Shown here one piece after another: positions 50,475-62,510 of a stretch of 64,000 bases of DNA (within the stretch, counting starts at the first letter, position 1; each line of letters opens with the position of its first letter). Source of the DNA: Macrostomum lignano (Eukaryota); contig NIVC01001377.1 of assembly GCA_002269645.1 (NCBI GenBank), forward strand, positions 124,001-188,000, given 5' to 3'. Position numbers and translations under genes: made by a program. Below the pieces are notes generated by a model. It made no database searches. It was not told the DNA's origin and saw nothing but the letters and a program-made list of their open reading frames with translations.

Positions 50475-51179
50475 CTGTGGGAAGTCAGTAAGACGTCCGG
50501 TTATTCTTTTCAATTACAGTTGAAAGCGATGCAATGATAACTGAGTCATGATTTCTTAAAGAAACTCTATTTGATTTTTAGGCGGATGGAACACAGTAAA
50601 AAGAAACGATTGAATGCTGCCTACCTGCTCAAACAGAGTGTTTTTGTTAAACTGAAATCCAAACAAAACGCTACGCTTGTCATCGTCCAGACGGGTTGTG
50701 CTTTAAAACTATTTTTTACACTACAAGTGTCTGCTGTCTATCTCTTCTGATTGCTCTCTTTATTTACGGTAAAGTGCTTGAAATCGTTGAGTAGCTGAAG
50801 TGCCCTGTTGGAAAAATTGCAATACAAATTTGAACCGAACCCTGTTGTGCTATAGTTTGAAGGTATACTTTTTGTAGTTACGTTTACTAGACGCACGTTT
50901 TCCGAACCCCTGAGAACACGAATATGTTCACAGGCACGCGTTCGCAAACACGGTCTACAGCGGCCCTGATTACAAGTATCTCCTCGTCAAGCACTCTCTG
51001 ATCCTTATTTGGATTTGGCCTTCATGAGTCCGAGTGATAGTTGAATATTCACTTTTGCCTTTGGAAAAAGCACAAAAAATCATTGAATTCATAGTAAGGT
51101 ACACTCTAAAAGGTACCGGTATAATAAGGTACAATTTACTGTACCGTACACTCAATAATAATAGTTTTTAATTGAATTC

Positions 51180-51460
51180 ACCTGCTATCATGGGCAGATG
51201 TGCAACCGACAGCTCAGCCGCAGCTATTGCGCGGCACACCTGAAGGTTGCGTACGGCTGTTCAGTCCAAGAACTGGGGGAGGGGGGGTCGCCACACACCT
51301 TCAATTACTCCAGCTAATGCTGCACCCATTTTACAGCTGGGTGAACTGAAGCAATGCAGAGTTAAGTGCCTTGCTCAAGGGCATAGATTGTCCCGAGTGG
51401 ATCGAGAATCGAACCCCCAACATTTTGGTCGTGAGTCCAACGCTCTTATCACTAGGCTAC
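51180..51460 (-). mobile_element. tRNA-derived CORE-type (MIR-like) SINE
   Basis: The minus strand starts GTAGCCTAGTGATAAGAGCG (A box) ... GGTTCGATTC (B box). The + strand CCCATTTTACAG...AACTGAAGCA...AGAGTTAAGTGCCTTGCTCAAGG parallels the MIR CORE consensus as I recall it. Confidence 0.75.
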
Positions 51461-54014
51461 AACCCCCATCACTCCACAGGAATTGCTATACTTACATTTA
51501 AATTGTAATTGATAGCCGGAGAGAGGCAATGCCTCTAAATGTATTTTTAATATTTAAATACTAGCAATATGAGTGTCTATAGTCATAGTCAATGATGCAA
51601 CCCGTTGAAGGTGCCTATGGAAACACTGGCGCTTATGGAAACAATCCGAACTTCGGGCAGAATCATCGAATATCTCGATGGTCCGGAGAGCTGTCGACTT
51701 GATTCTTGTTAGAGATGGTGCGCAACAAAAAGTTTGCCCATGGTCTTGAATTTCGTGTGCCTACATTTTCCCGTTAATGTTAACCTGCAAATGTTAACCC
51801 CTCCTTTGGTAGTTCGACAGGCGGAAAATGGGTTGGTATCCTACTGTTACTGGTAATCAAGAATACTTTAGTTTTTGTTACAATAAAATGCATGAAAAAC
51901 TTACCCAGAGAAGTTGTTTCGTTCATTGTTTTAGATTCCATAATGAAAAAAATATCAGCACACCGAGTTTGCCGGGAATATAAAACAACCTGTGAAAAGT
52001 TTGTCCCAGTCATTCTGAGCTGGCCGATTTTATAGACGTGAAGACGTTTCGGTTGGCCAATGAAACTCGCGCAAGAAACGGAAACTGAGGTGAACGGAGG
52101 CGAAGAATGCAACTCAATTCGGGTTCATATTTTGTTAGCTTCGAGTGAGACAGAGTTGTAGATTTAATTCGAGTTTAGGGGGGCGTAAACAGATAAAAAA
52201 CTAATTGAAAAACCCAGTTAAACAGGGTTTTATAATTCTAATTAACAAAAAACAAAATACTCGTATTAGCAGGAGTAATTTGGCTCATCTAAACTGCTCA
52301 TAGGTTTTTCAGTCCTCAGACTTGGCTTTGTTGTGAAATCTCTGTCACTCTTTTGGTGTAGTTAGGGGTAGCCAATTGCAAGATTATAGCCACTGCAGGT
52401 CCTTGATGCAAGCGAATGTACAGATCAACATTCTGCAGCGTTCGTCAGGTTTGCGGTTGCAGCAGCTGCAGCAGGCGGTTTTGAATGGCCGAAGGTTTGA
52501 TTAAGCCACAACCAGTTAAACGGTGGTATCACCCCTGCTACTCTCTGGAGTCTTTGAAATTGGGGTCGGCAAACTTCTTTAACCTCGAAGAATCCCAGCT
52601 CATGTCTGCGGGCCAGATGAGAGAGGAAAGAGAGGAGAGATGAGAGAGAGTAGAAAGGAGAGAGAAGAGATAAAATAGTAGAGAGAAGAGACGAGCGAGA
52701 GAGAAGAAAGAGACTGGGCGTCCAGTTGCAACAGGGTCTACTACTGAGGACCAGAGCTGCTGTCCAAGAGGTCCTAGCTATTGCGCATTTACCAGTCCAG
52801 CGCATTCCTACTGCTGGACCGGCCTGCTCAGATTCGCCATGCCAACCTGTTCTCAACGCGCTCACTGGGCCGCGCAAGTGACCTACAGTGGCGCATCAAC
52901 GGGATCCGGGTGTCAAAAACCAATCATCTGAGGCAACGGGACCATGAGTATGTTCAGCGGCCAAGACTGGCCATAGAACATGTCATCTGCCCGACCAAGA
53001 CACCCAATGGCACTGTTCAGCTTCCGCTCCAGCCGGGATCGTGGTCGACGGTCGATGGTCGATGGTCGAAGGTCGATGGTCGACGGTCGATGACGTGAAA
53101 CAGCTTGGCGGCTGGCGCAACAACGCCGTCCTGTGCTGTCTGCCTTTAATGAGCAGCTCTCGGCGTGTTGTGGGAGCCTTTGCGGCCAACGCCCAATTGT
53201 TTAACTTTTTGCTTAACCGACTGCTTTCTTCTCGCATCCGCTCTGTCTATGTTGTTTTTTGGGCCTTTTTTGTCTTCCTTTCTGGGTGTCGTTTGCTAGG
53301 CTATGTGTTGTCTCTCTCACTCTGTCTTGCTGGGATTGACGCTTGAGCCGCCCCACCCAAGCTTTTGAGTGGTTTTTATGCAACCACACACGAGGCTTCT
53401 CACTTTGTCTACTTTGTTAGTCTTCTTTTTTTAATTTCCGAACCTGTCAGAGTTATTAAGTGCACTAAATAACTTTCGTTTATCCCACGGGGTTTGTTCT
53501 GCTTCCTTTTTCTTCATCACCATTGTGTGACAATGTGCTTTAACTTTTTTGTCAAAGTCAGCCGAGGATTGTTGCTTGACCTGGGTAGCTGACAAGCGGG
53601 TAAATATTCTCTAAAGCTTGTCTCGAGCAGATGAAGTGCTCCGTCTTCTCTACACGTGTGGAGAGGCAGAATGGGCATTGCTCACTTGAACATCGAGTTG
53701 AACCACCTGAGCCAATGCAAAACTTACAGGTACTTTAACTTTACAAACTATGGATTATCGATTTAAACAAACCGAAACAAGACAATGAGCAGGAAGCTAA
53801 CAAAAACATTAGCTAGAAGTAAAACTGGAAATTGCTTTGAATTCTAGAACTCAAAAAGTGTCAATAAAACTGTAAAAGATTTTTGACTTTCTGGTTTTAC
53901 AATTCAAAAGGGGCTGCTGCATGTGTTTTAGGCGCCATTTTATTTGAGAGTTGGGCCATTTCATTTGAGAGGGGCGCCACTTCATTTCAGGGTTGGTGCC
54001 ATTTTTTTAAGTTT

Positions 54015-54918
54015 GCGCCAAAACTACTGCAAGGTGGCGCCAAAGCTACTGCAAGGTGGCGCCAAAGCTACTGCAAGGTGGCGCCAAAGCTACTGCAAGG
54101 TGGCGCCAAAGCTACTGCAAGGTGGCGCCAAAGCTACTGCAAGGTGGCGCCAAAGCTACTGCAAGGTGGCGCCAAAGCTACTGCAAGGTGGCGCCAAAGC
54201 TACTGCAAGGTGGCGCCAAAGCTACTGCAAGGTGGCGCCAAAGCTACTGCAAGGTGGCGCCAAAGCTACTGCAAGGTGGCGCCAAAGCTACTGCAAGGTG
54301 GCGCCAAAGCTACTGCAAGGTGGCGCCAAAGCTACTGCAAGGTGGCGCCAAAGCTACTGCAAGGTGGCGCCAAAGCTACTGCAAGGTGGCGCCAAAGCTA
54401 CTGCAAGGTGGCGCCAAAGCTACTGCAAGGTGGCGCCAAAGCTACTGCAAGGTGGCGCCAAAGCTACTGCAAGGTGGCGCCAAAGCTACTGCAAGGTGGC
54501 GCCAAAGCTACTGCAATGGGGGCGCCAAAGCTACTGCAATGGGGGGGGCGCCAAAGCACTGTAATGGGGGGGCACCAAAGCTACTGCAATGGGGGCGCCA
54601 AAGCTACTGCCTGCAATGGGGGCGCCAAAGCTACTGCAATGGGGGCGCCAAAGCTACTGCAATGGGGGCGCCAAAGCTACTGCAATGGGGGCGCCAAAGC
54701 TACTGCAATGGGGGCGCCAAAGCTACTGCAATGGGGGCGCCAAAGCTACTGCAATGGGGGCGCCAAAGCTACTGCAATGGGGGCGCCAAAGCTACTGCAA
54801 TGGGGGGCGCCAAAGCTACTGCAATGGGGGCGCCAAAGCTACTGCAATGGGGGCGCCAAAGCTACTGCAATGGGGGCGCCAAAGCTACTGCAATGGGGGC
54901 GCCAAAGCTACTGCAAGG
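54015..54918. repeat. Two-part minisatellite: 22-bp GGCGCCAAAGCTACTGCAAGGT switching near 54515 to 23-bp GGCGCCAAAGCTACTGCAATGGG
   Basis: GCCAAAGC at 54061 and 54083; the variant switch is visible. Confidence 0.95.
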
Positions 54919-55839
54919 TAGTACGAAAGTATAGTAGTCTAGACGCTAAGACCAGCCAGGTTTGACACGTCCATCATCCCGTCGAAAAGGCTGTTTCTGT
55001 TTGCTTAGAACCTGCTCAGACGAATGCCATAATTCAGTTCACTCGAAAGAAGGCACGTCAAATATCTAAGAGCCCAAGTCTACAGCAAAGAGCCATATCA
55101 AATTTAGACTGCAGATAAGGGGTTTCAGTAAATTCATTGGACTTTAGCCAACCTCGTGACTAGTTGCTTGATGAAGCCTGCCATATGCAGCGAGGATGAG
55201 AGCTCATATTCTCATCAGGTTTGCCGTGGCTTGCAAGAAAAAAATGCTCATATCATACATTTAAAAGTCATATTGATTACAAACATGCTTTGAGCTACAT
55301 GTATTGTTCTTAATTGAAAAAATGCGAAACCTATTGTCGACAGTAGCATAGGCCGAAGCAGGAGGTTGAACTCATATTGTTTCATACCGTATTTTTTATG
55401 AGACGCAAGGAGGCTATGTAAGCGACTTCAAGCGACATTGTCACACATCCGGCGAGTGGAATTACTGCCCATTCCACCGACTCCCCTGAGCAGGCACACA
55501 AGCGCGCGGATACGTACGCAGGCACACACTCACACAGGAGTGCACAGCGGATCTAACATTATTTATCGTTAGGCATGTACACTTCACTGTGCCTTTGGGG
55601 TTGGCCTTCAAGACCGTTAATTGCCCCCCCCCCCGAGCAGACTCAAGCCGAGATTCCAATTTAGTCTTAAAACAATGTGACTGCACTTGGAATCGAGCCT
55701 GGGCAGCTGGCATATGAGAGCTCCCAGGCTCGGCGCCCAGCGCCCAGCCACTAGGCTACGGGCCCCGTAGATGCGCATCGCTGAAAGATTTCATAACAGC
55801 TTGACATTCACTAGCAGCTATCGAAGTTAAGACAGGGGC

Positions 55840-56365
55840 TCCCATCAAGAGACAGGGGCGCCCACCAAAAGACAGGGAGACAGGGGCGTCCACCAAGAGA
55901 TAGAGGCGCCCACCAAGAGACAGAGGCGCCTCACAAAGAGACAGAGGCGCCCCACCAAGAGACAGAGGCGTCCACCAAAAGACAGGGGCGCCCGCCAAGA
56001 GACAGGGGCGTCCACCAAAAGACAGGGCGCTCACCAAGAGACAGAGGCGCCCACCAAGAGACAGAGGCGTCCATAAAGAGACAGAGGCGTCCATCAAGAG
56101 ACACAGGCGTCCAGAAAGAGACAGAGGCGCCCACCAAGAGACAGAGGCCCGCAAAAAGAGACAGAGGCGCGCACAAAGAGCCGGAGGTGCCCCACCAAGA
56201 GACAGAGGCGTCCACCAAAAGACAGGGGCGCCCGCCAAGAGGCAGGGGCGCTCACCAAGAGACAGAGGCGCGCACAAAGAGACAGAGGCGCGCACAAAGA
56301 GACAGAGGCCCACAAAAAGAGACAGAGGCGCGCACAAAGAGCCGGAGGTGCCCCATCAAGAGACA
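55840..56365. repeat. Diverged ~20-bp minisatellite (GACAGAGGCGCCCACCAAGA)
   Basis: ~25 degenerate copies. Confidence 0.88.
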
Positions 56366-57072
56366 GGACCTCTTGGGGTTGCGGCCCCCTCCAATGCCCT
56401 TGAGTCAATGGCTACGACGTAAACTCAATACTGAATCAGCTCGTATCGAGTCTCAAGGCTATTTTTTGCAGTCAAAGCTGACGTGATGTGGAAGCTGACG
56501 TGATTTCATAAGCCGTATGAAATATCAACAGCAACATGTCACGGAAACCATGCCAAACACACAGCTTGAGTTGCAGATCCTGAACACTTCCTGTAGCGTT
56601 CCTGTCAGGCTTTTATAAGCACCTCGTAACCTTTATACGAGTATAAACTGTACAACTATAATTCCCACCTATCTGAAAACATTGCAAATGTAAGATTTCC
56701 TCGAAAAAATCAATAGAAAAAACCCACGAGGGCCAACCTCTAACGAACAATGGTATCGCAAAAATCTCCAGTGCCGCTGTCTTAAACAGGTTCTCCAAAT
56801 GCACTTACACCGTCTCAAGTTCCTTGATTTAGCAGGTTTATCTTTGCTAATCTCAACATAAGAATGCTCAGAAAATGTTTTCATGCTGATTAAATACAGA
56901 AATATGGACACGATGACACAAACGAGTTTTGGAATGCTTGACAATATTTGTCCGTTTATTACGATATCTGACAGCTCATTGATCCCAGCCGTCGTTTTCA
57001 TTTGTTAAAACACGAACCTAAAGTCGAACTGTAACAATTAACGAGTTCCATTTCAGATCAGGACTCGCACTA

Positions 57073-58869
57073 TCAACCGCTGTTGCCACCCGTGCTGCTG
57101 TCATTGCCGCCGCCTCCGCATCTGGGCAGCTGCTTCTTGAACAGCGGAACCCGAACGCAGTACACGGCCCAGCTCAGAGCGCAGTTGACGTAGAACAGAT
57201 AGTTCAGACACTTTGCCAACGGAAATATCAGTGACAGAATGTTGACAGAGTTGTCGGAATCAATCAAATTATAGTTTAGTAAAAACATGATAAAGTAGAT
57301 GATGGCCCTGGGTACGGAGGCGATCAGGTAAACGGCAGCCATGATGATCAGGGTGACGCTGGTTCGAACCTGACCTTTGCTCGGCTGGTCGGTGACTCCG
57401 TAGCGAACCGGGCTGTTTTTTATTCGCCAGATGCGATAGCTGAGAAACACGTTGATGACAGCGAGGAAAATGCCAGGTACGAAACCATTCATCACCAGGT
57501 TGGTGTACAGCTGGACAGCTACACCGACAGCTGGGTCGACAGTCAGGATCACGTAGCAGTACCGAGCTCCGTAATATTCGTAGGATTCGTACAGCAGAAT
57601 GCCGTGAACCGACACGATGGCGAAGACGGAGATGAACGCCCCGAGAGCGATGCAGTAGCGGGCCTTGGTCATGTTCGCTCGATGTTGCAGAGGCCAGACA
57701 AGAGCGTACACTCGGTCAGCGGCCATCAGGCATAGCAGGTTCGACGACAAGCTGTTGCTCAGGATCCAGAAGAACGACCAGGTCTTGCAGGCCCAATTGT
57801 AGTTGTGGTGCGGCATGTTCACCCAAGGCAGAACGCTCTTAAGTCCGCCAGCAAGGAAATCCTCAATTAGCAGTCTGTGGATTTGATAGATTGCAATACA
57901 ATACAGTAAGTGAAATTTGCAAAATACTCTCACTGATTCATAGGCAACTGAAGCAACACTCTGCATAGGCAAACTATTTAAGCTAGGAAGTTTTCAGCTT
58001 TTACAACGGCTATCCAGATAGTTCCGACACTTTTAATCCCAAAGCAATAACGGAGGAAGCTGTAAACGTAACGTTAGAGTCATTTTGAAGCTACACATTT
58101 CTTTTTTTTAACAAATTTAATCGCGTATATTTTGGTAGTTTCAGTTAAAAGCCTGAAAAAGCATCGGAATGTCACTGAAAGTCTGACAAGAAGCCGCTTT
58201 CGAGACACCGATGTTTGTACGAGTATTAAATCGTTATCATCTGCTTTCTAGGCATGCAGGCAGCCTTCTCAACACACTCTCCGGCTGTCAATTGCATCAG
58301 AACAGCACTATAAATAAGAAATAAGCCTCTTTGAAATATCACCAAAGCTACACTCAACAAATTAAAAAGTCGCCACCTTTGAGAGTGCGCAGTAAACTCT
58401 AGCTCAGTATTGACTTTTGAGTGACGCAACTTTCGCTCAGGAGGGATAGGGAAGAGCGGATGGCAAAGATTTGATGTCTATATCCAATTATTAAAAGTAT
58501 CCTGAAATTAAAAGTTTCTAAACTTTCCAGACATCCTCGTAAGTTGACAATTACCTCGAAAAACACCCAATATGCCACGATTGTAGCGTCCTTACCTTAG
58601 CAGTGCTTTCATTCCGGAAATTGCAACAAATAGTTCCAATCGAACTCACGAGAAGAGCATGGTAGAGAAGTCTGAGGCCGTGATGGCGCACAAGATGAAG
58701 TGGCTGCCCTTCAGTTGAGACCGAATCTTAGACACGCAGTAGATGACGAAAATTGCACCAATTGTGGTCACAACAAACAGTGATGGAGCAATGTAAATCC
58801 TTAGGTTATTTGATATCAGATTGGCAATTTTGGCGGCCTCAAGGAGCGCCGACTGACTTGAAGGCGGCT
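57073..58869 (-). CDS. Class A GPCR, copy B. Exons 58869-58650 and 57874-57073; start exon not located
   Basis: Highly similar to copy A, with the same 220-nt first visible exon and the same splice phases. Confidence 0.85.
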
Positions 58870-59664
58870 CTGTGGGAAGTCAGTTAGACGTCCGGTTATT
58901 CTTTCCAATAACAGTTGCAAGAGATGTAATTAGAATTGAGTCATAATTGCTCAAAAATAAAGATAATAAAGTGCTGCGATGCAATGCCAAAATAACATGG
59001 CTGCATCTGCTAATTCAAGAGAACAGGTGATCAAGTGTCGCAAAAAACTTTGAGTCTGCGTTACTCCTTGTACGTAAACGCGTCTTTATCCCAAAAGTAT
59101 TGTAGCTTTATGAACAAAGATTATTTCAGTTTTATAACAAATAAAATATGTATGAACTACTTACCCAGAGAAGTGGTTTCATTCATTATTTTAGAATCTA
59201 TAAGAAAAAGTTGCACACCTGTAAACACCCAATGTCACAGAAATTTATAAAACAACCTGTGAAAAGTCCGATTTTATATAGGCATTTCAGTCAGCCAATA
59301 AAACTCGTGCAAGAGACGGAAGCTGGCAAGCAGGGAGGGAGGCCACGGATGAGGTGGCGACTGCAGCCAGTTAACAGGTGAAGAATGCAACGCGATGCGG
59401 GTTCACGTTTTATTATATAGCCTTGAGTCAGACGGAATTGGAAATTTAATTTGAGTTTTGGGGGCGTAAACGAATGGAAAATGAATTGAAAAAATCATTT
59501 AAACTGGGTTTCATAATTCTAATGAACATATATTTAGCAGTCCTCAGATTTGGCAATCTTCGGAGGTTTCAGCTGTGAAATCTCCATCACTCTTATTGAG
59601 TCCAGGGTGAGCACCATGGTAGCAACTAGCGTATTGTTCTTGACGTGGTCCTTGGTGCTTTTCA

Positions 59665-59935
59665 TTTGAGGGTGGCGCCATTTCATTCAAAGCTGGGTGG
59701 CGCCATTTCATTCAAAGCTGGGTGGCGCCATTTCATTCAAAGCTGGGTGGCGCCATTTCATTTGAGGGTGGCGTCATTTCATTCAAAGCTGGGTGGCGCC
59801 ATTTCATTCAAAGCTGGGTGGCGCCATTTCATTCAAAGCTGGGTGGCGCCATTTCAGTTGAGGTTGGTGCCATTTCATTAAAGGGTGGCGCCATTTCATT
59901 TGAGGGTGGCGTCATTTCATTTGAGAGTGGCGTAA
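59665..59935. repeat. 25-bp minisatellite (GGTGGCGCCATTTCATTCAAAGCTG)
   Basis: ~10 copies. Related to the sequence at 53930-54000. Confidence 0.88.
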
Positions 59936-62394
59936 ATTTGAAATGTACTAATAACACGGGCCCAAGCCTGTTGACGAAGTTATTTTCGTAATGATTACCT
60001 TTGCAAAGCTGCCGGGAAAGTTGTGTTTGACAGACAGCTCAGCTGGTTCCGCGTGAAAGCCGGAGTACAAAAAGACGCGACCTCGCATAGAATGAATTTT
60101 AGAACAATTCACTGTCAGACACAAGAAAATGTTTAAGATGGATTCTGTCTTCAAACATCTGCTGCTGAATTTCGCTAACCAAGGTTCAAAATAAAAGTTC
60201 GTAAAGGTTTAACTGAAGCTTTTTACATGTACAAGCGTATACACAGCCACAGCATCAGCTCAGACAGAAAAACCCACAAGGTTTCTCGATTCAACGCAAG
60301 GAAGTTCGTAATAACATAAATATTTGATTTGATTAGAGTTGGCCAGTAATATGCAGCTACATGTAAATAGGCTTGCGTCACCCATTAAGGACATCGACTG
60401 TGAACGAGTGGGTCACAGCTCTTGGCCTCAGAGCCGCTGTAGACAGCTGCGATCCCCCCCCCCGCCCTGCACGTGGCCGCGTGTGTTGATCCGTTTCCAG
60501 CAGCCGTGAACTCTCCATGAAAAAGGCATCAACTGGCTCGGCTCAACTATGCAAAGACTGAGCAAAGTGTGTCTTTTGTCGAAGACCTATACTAATCATT
60601 GTATTCGAGGGACCCGAATTCCTGACCTGAAGGACTCTGGTTTTGTACTTAGTTGACATAATGTGCATTTCTGGGCAGCAAAACGAAGCAACTGTGCGAC
60701 GCTACCTATCACGGAAATGTGACAATGTCGTACGGGAGGCTTCATCGTCCATCGGCCAGGCTCTCGTGAAGTCTGCAAGCAGTGCTGGTCCGTTGTTAAC
60801 TTCAGCATCGGCAATTGAACCTACCTACGGCGAATCACTTGAACCTGCGGTTGCTACGCCGGCAGCAATCCAATCGATCAATCGGTGTCACGAGTTGCAT
60901 GGGATCTATATTCACAGAGTGCAAGTTCGAGAACTGCTCTTTTACTTTTTCCAAGTGATAGTTCACCGGCTTCGAAAATTCAAACTTACTGTTTTGAACA
61001 AAAAAACTCTAAACTGTTGTCGCGTTTAATTTTTCCATTGCTTTGTTAAATAAATTTACACCCACGACTGTCTATTACCAAGTCAGCAGGTTAAACAACC
61101 CCAGTTATTGCCTTATGTGAAGCAATGCAAATATCTATGGGACAATGCATAGTTGCGTATGTGGTTTAAGAGATTGAAGACTTGTTTTTCATTGTCTATG
61201 GCCCAAAATGGGGGGGGGTCTATGGAGCAAACAATTTGAGAATCTGGGCGCGTAGTTAATCCTTTTCACAGTGCTCGTACATCCTTCACGAATAACTTCA
61301 CTGAAATAACGTCTGCAAATAGCTGATGGCATACCAAAAAACGATTCACATTAACACTTTGATTTCAGAGAAACCAATCAAAACAGGCAAAGGAAAAATC
61401 ATGGCATACAGTATATGGCGTGAACAAGCAATCGTGTCTCTCAAAACAGTGTTGGACAGATTGAAATCAAACCCGATCAATGTTCAGAAAATTTCTTCCT
61501 CGTTTAAGCAGCGCGGGATGAAGCGAAGCATCTGCCGAAACCAGCCACCGCATTTGGCTACTGTGATCTCAGCCATTACCTCCTCCGCAATCCGATGAAG
61601 AACGAGTACGCGCCACTCGAGCAGAGTTGTCTCTGGCGGTGGATTGTCCTCCATCTTTGGCTGTAGCTAAACTTTGGTCACTGCTCTGCTCGCTAAATTC
61701 TTCGTCTGCCATATCTATGTTTGTCTACTGAAATCTGTTATTTTCTATGGTCTTAAGGCTTGCACAACTGTGGAAAGTGATGAGGACGCACTTTTTTCCA
61801 AACCCCGCGCTAGCACACGGGCTCTAAACTTACTAGACTACTAACAGTGGGCAATGGGCATTTTTATCCTTTTCCTGCGAATAGTCATAGAATCTATACT
61901 AGATATAATGTCTCGTCGAACTAGTAGTCATACTCGTAATAACGTAGGCGCAGCTTTTTGGGTCATAAATCATCGCTTTCAAAGCTGGTCTGACAGCCAC
62001 CTGCGCCTCACTCAGTGTTGAGGCGGGCGCCAGATGGTCTGAGAGGATGCGGGCGGTAGCTTTTTTCTCATCATTTTGACAGGCCATCAAGATTTATGAG
62101 GTCAGAGCCTATTGTTCGTGTTCACTCAAGCGTGTGACAGCTTTGACAGCTATGCGTTTTACCCCTAAAAGTACTTTGGGATTAGCGATTAGCGATTTCT
62201 CTTCATTATCTTTACTTTCTATTTAATAAGAGCTTTCTAATGTATATTTTTTCATTAATTTCCGTCAATCCTACGCGAAAAGTCATAAATCATTTTGTTG
62301 CGATTTTGATTGATTTATGGCTGCACCTGTCATCTTTTTACGACCCTGTGGGAACTGATAGGAACTCCCAGTCACGTGATTCTGGGTAGTAACA

Positions 62395-62510
62395 AGCTTA
62401 GCCAATCAGAAAATTCGGCGCTCATTTTAACAAAACGGCTCAGCCAATCAGAATCGACGTGCTCCATTATAACAAACTGTGGTCCAGTTGGCGGCTATTT
62501 AAACCGGTGT
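62395..62510 (+). promoter_or_regulatory. Pol II promoter-like cluster (two CCAATCAGA boxes, then TATTTAAA), possibly from a retroelement LTR
   Basis: GCCAATCAGAA at ~62401 and ~62443 and CTATTTAAA at ~62496. No downstream gene identified. Confidence 0.3.

Larger units (their letters stand above)
48955..59600. other. Tandem segmental duplication: block A ~48955-52370, block B ~56840-59600, each carrying a GPCR gene
   Basis: Matching exons, 3' flanks (49000-49210 vs 56870-57070) and upstream sequence (51890-52370 vs 59150-59600). Confidence 0.85.

Noticed and set aside
50474-50560. In-frame TGA conserved in both GPCR copies after an apparent NRT sequon (possible readthrough or Sec)
   Set aside because: It lies within CTGAC-TTCCCACAG, a branch-point/acceptor-like sequence. 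An intron explains it more simply.
53883-56408. Long ORFs of 200-360 aa (APKLLQGG..., CAPLSL...)
   Set aside because: They are translations of 20-23-bp minisatellites in several frames.
60596-61710. Short GC-richer ORF-like segments
   Set aside because: No recognisable domain and no consistent splice structure in any frame.
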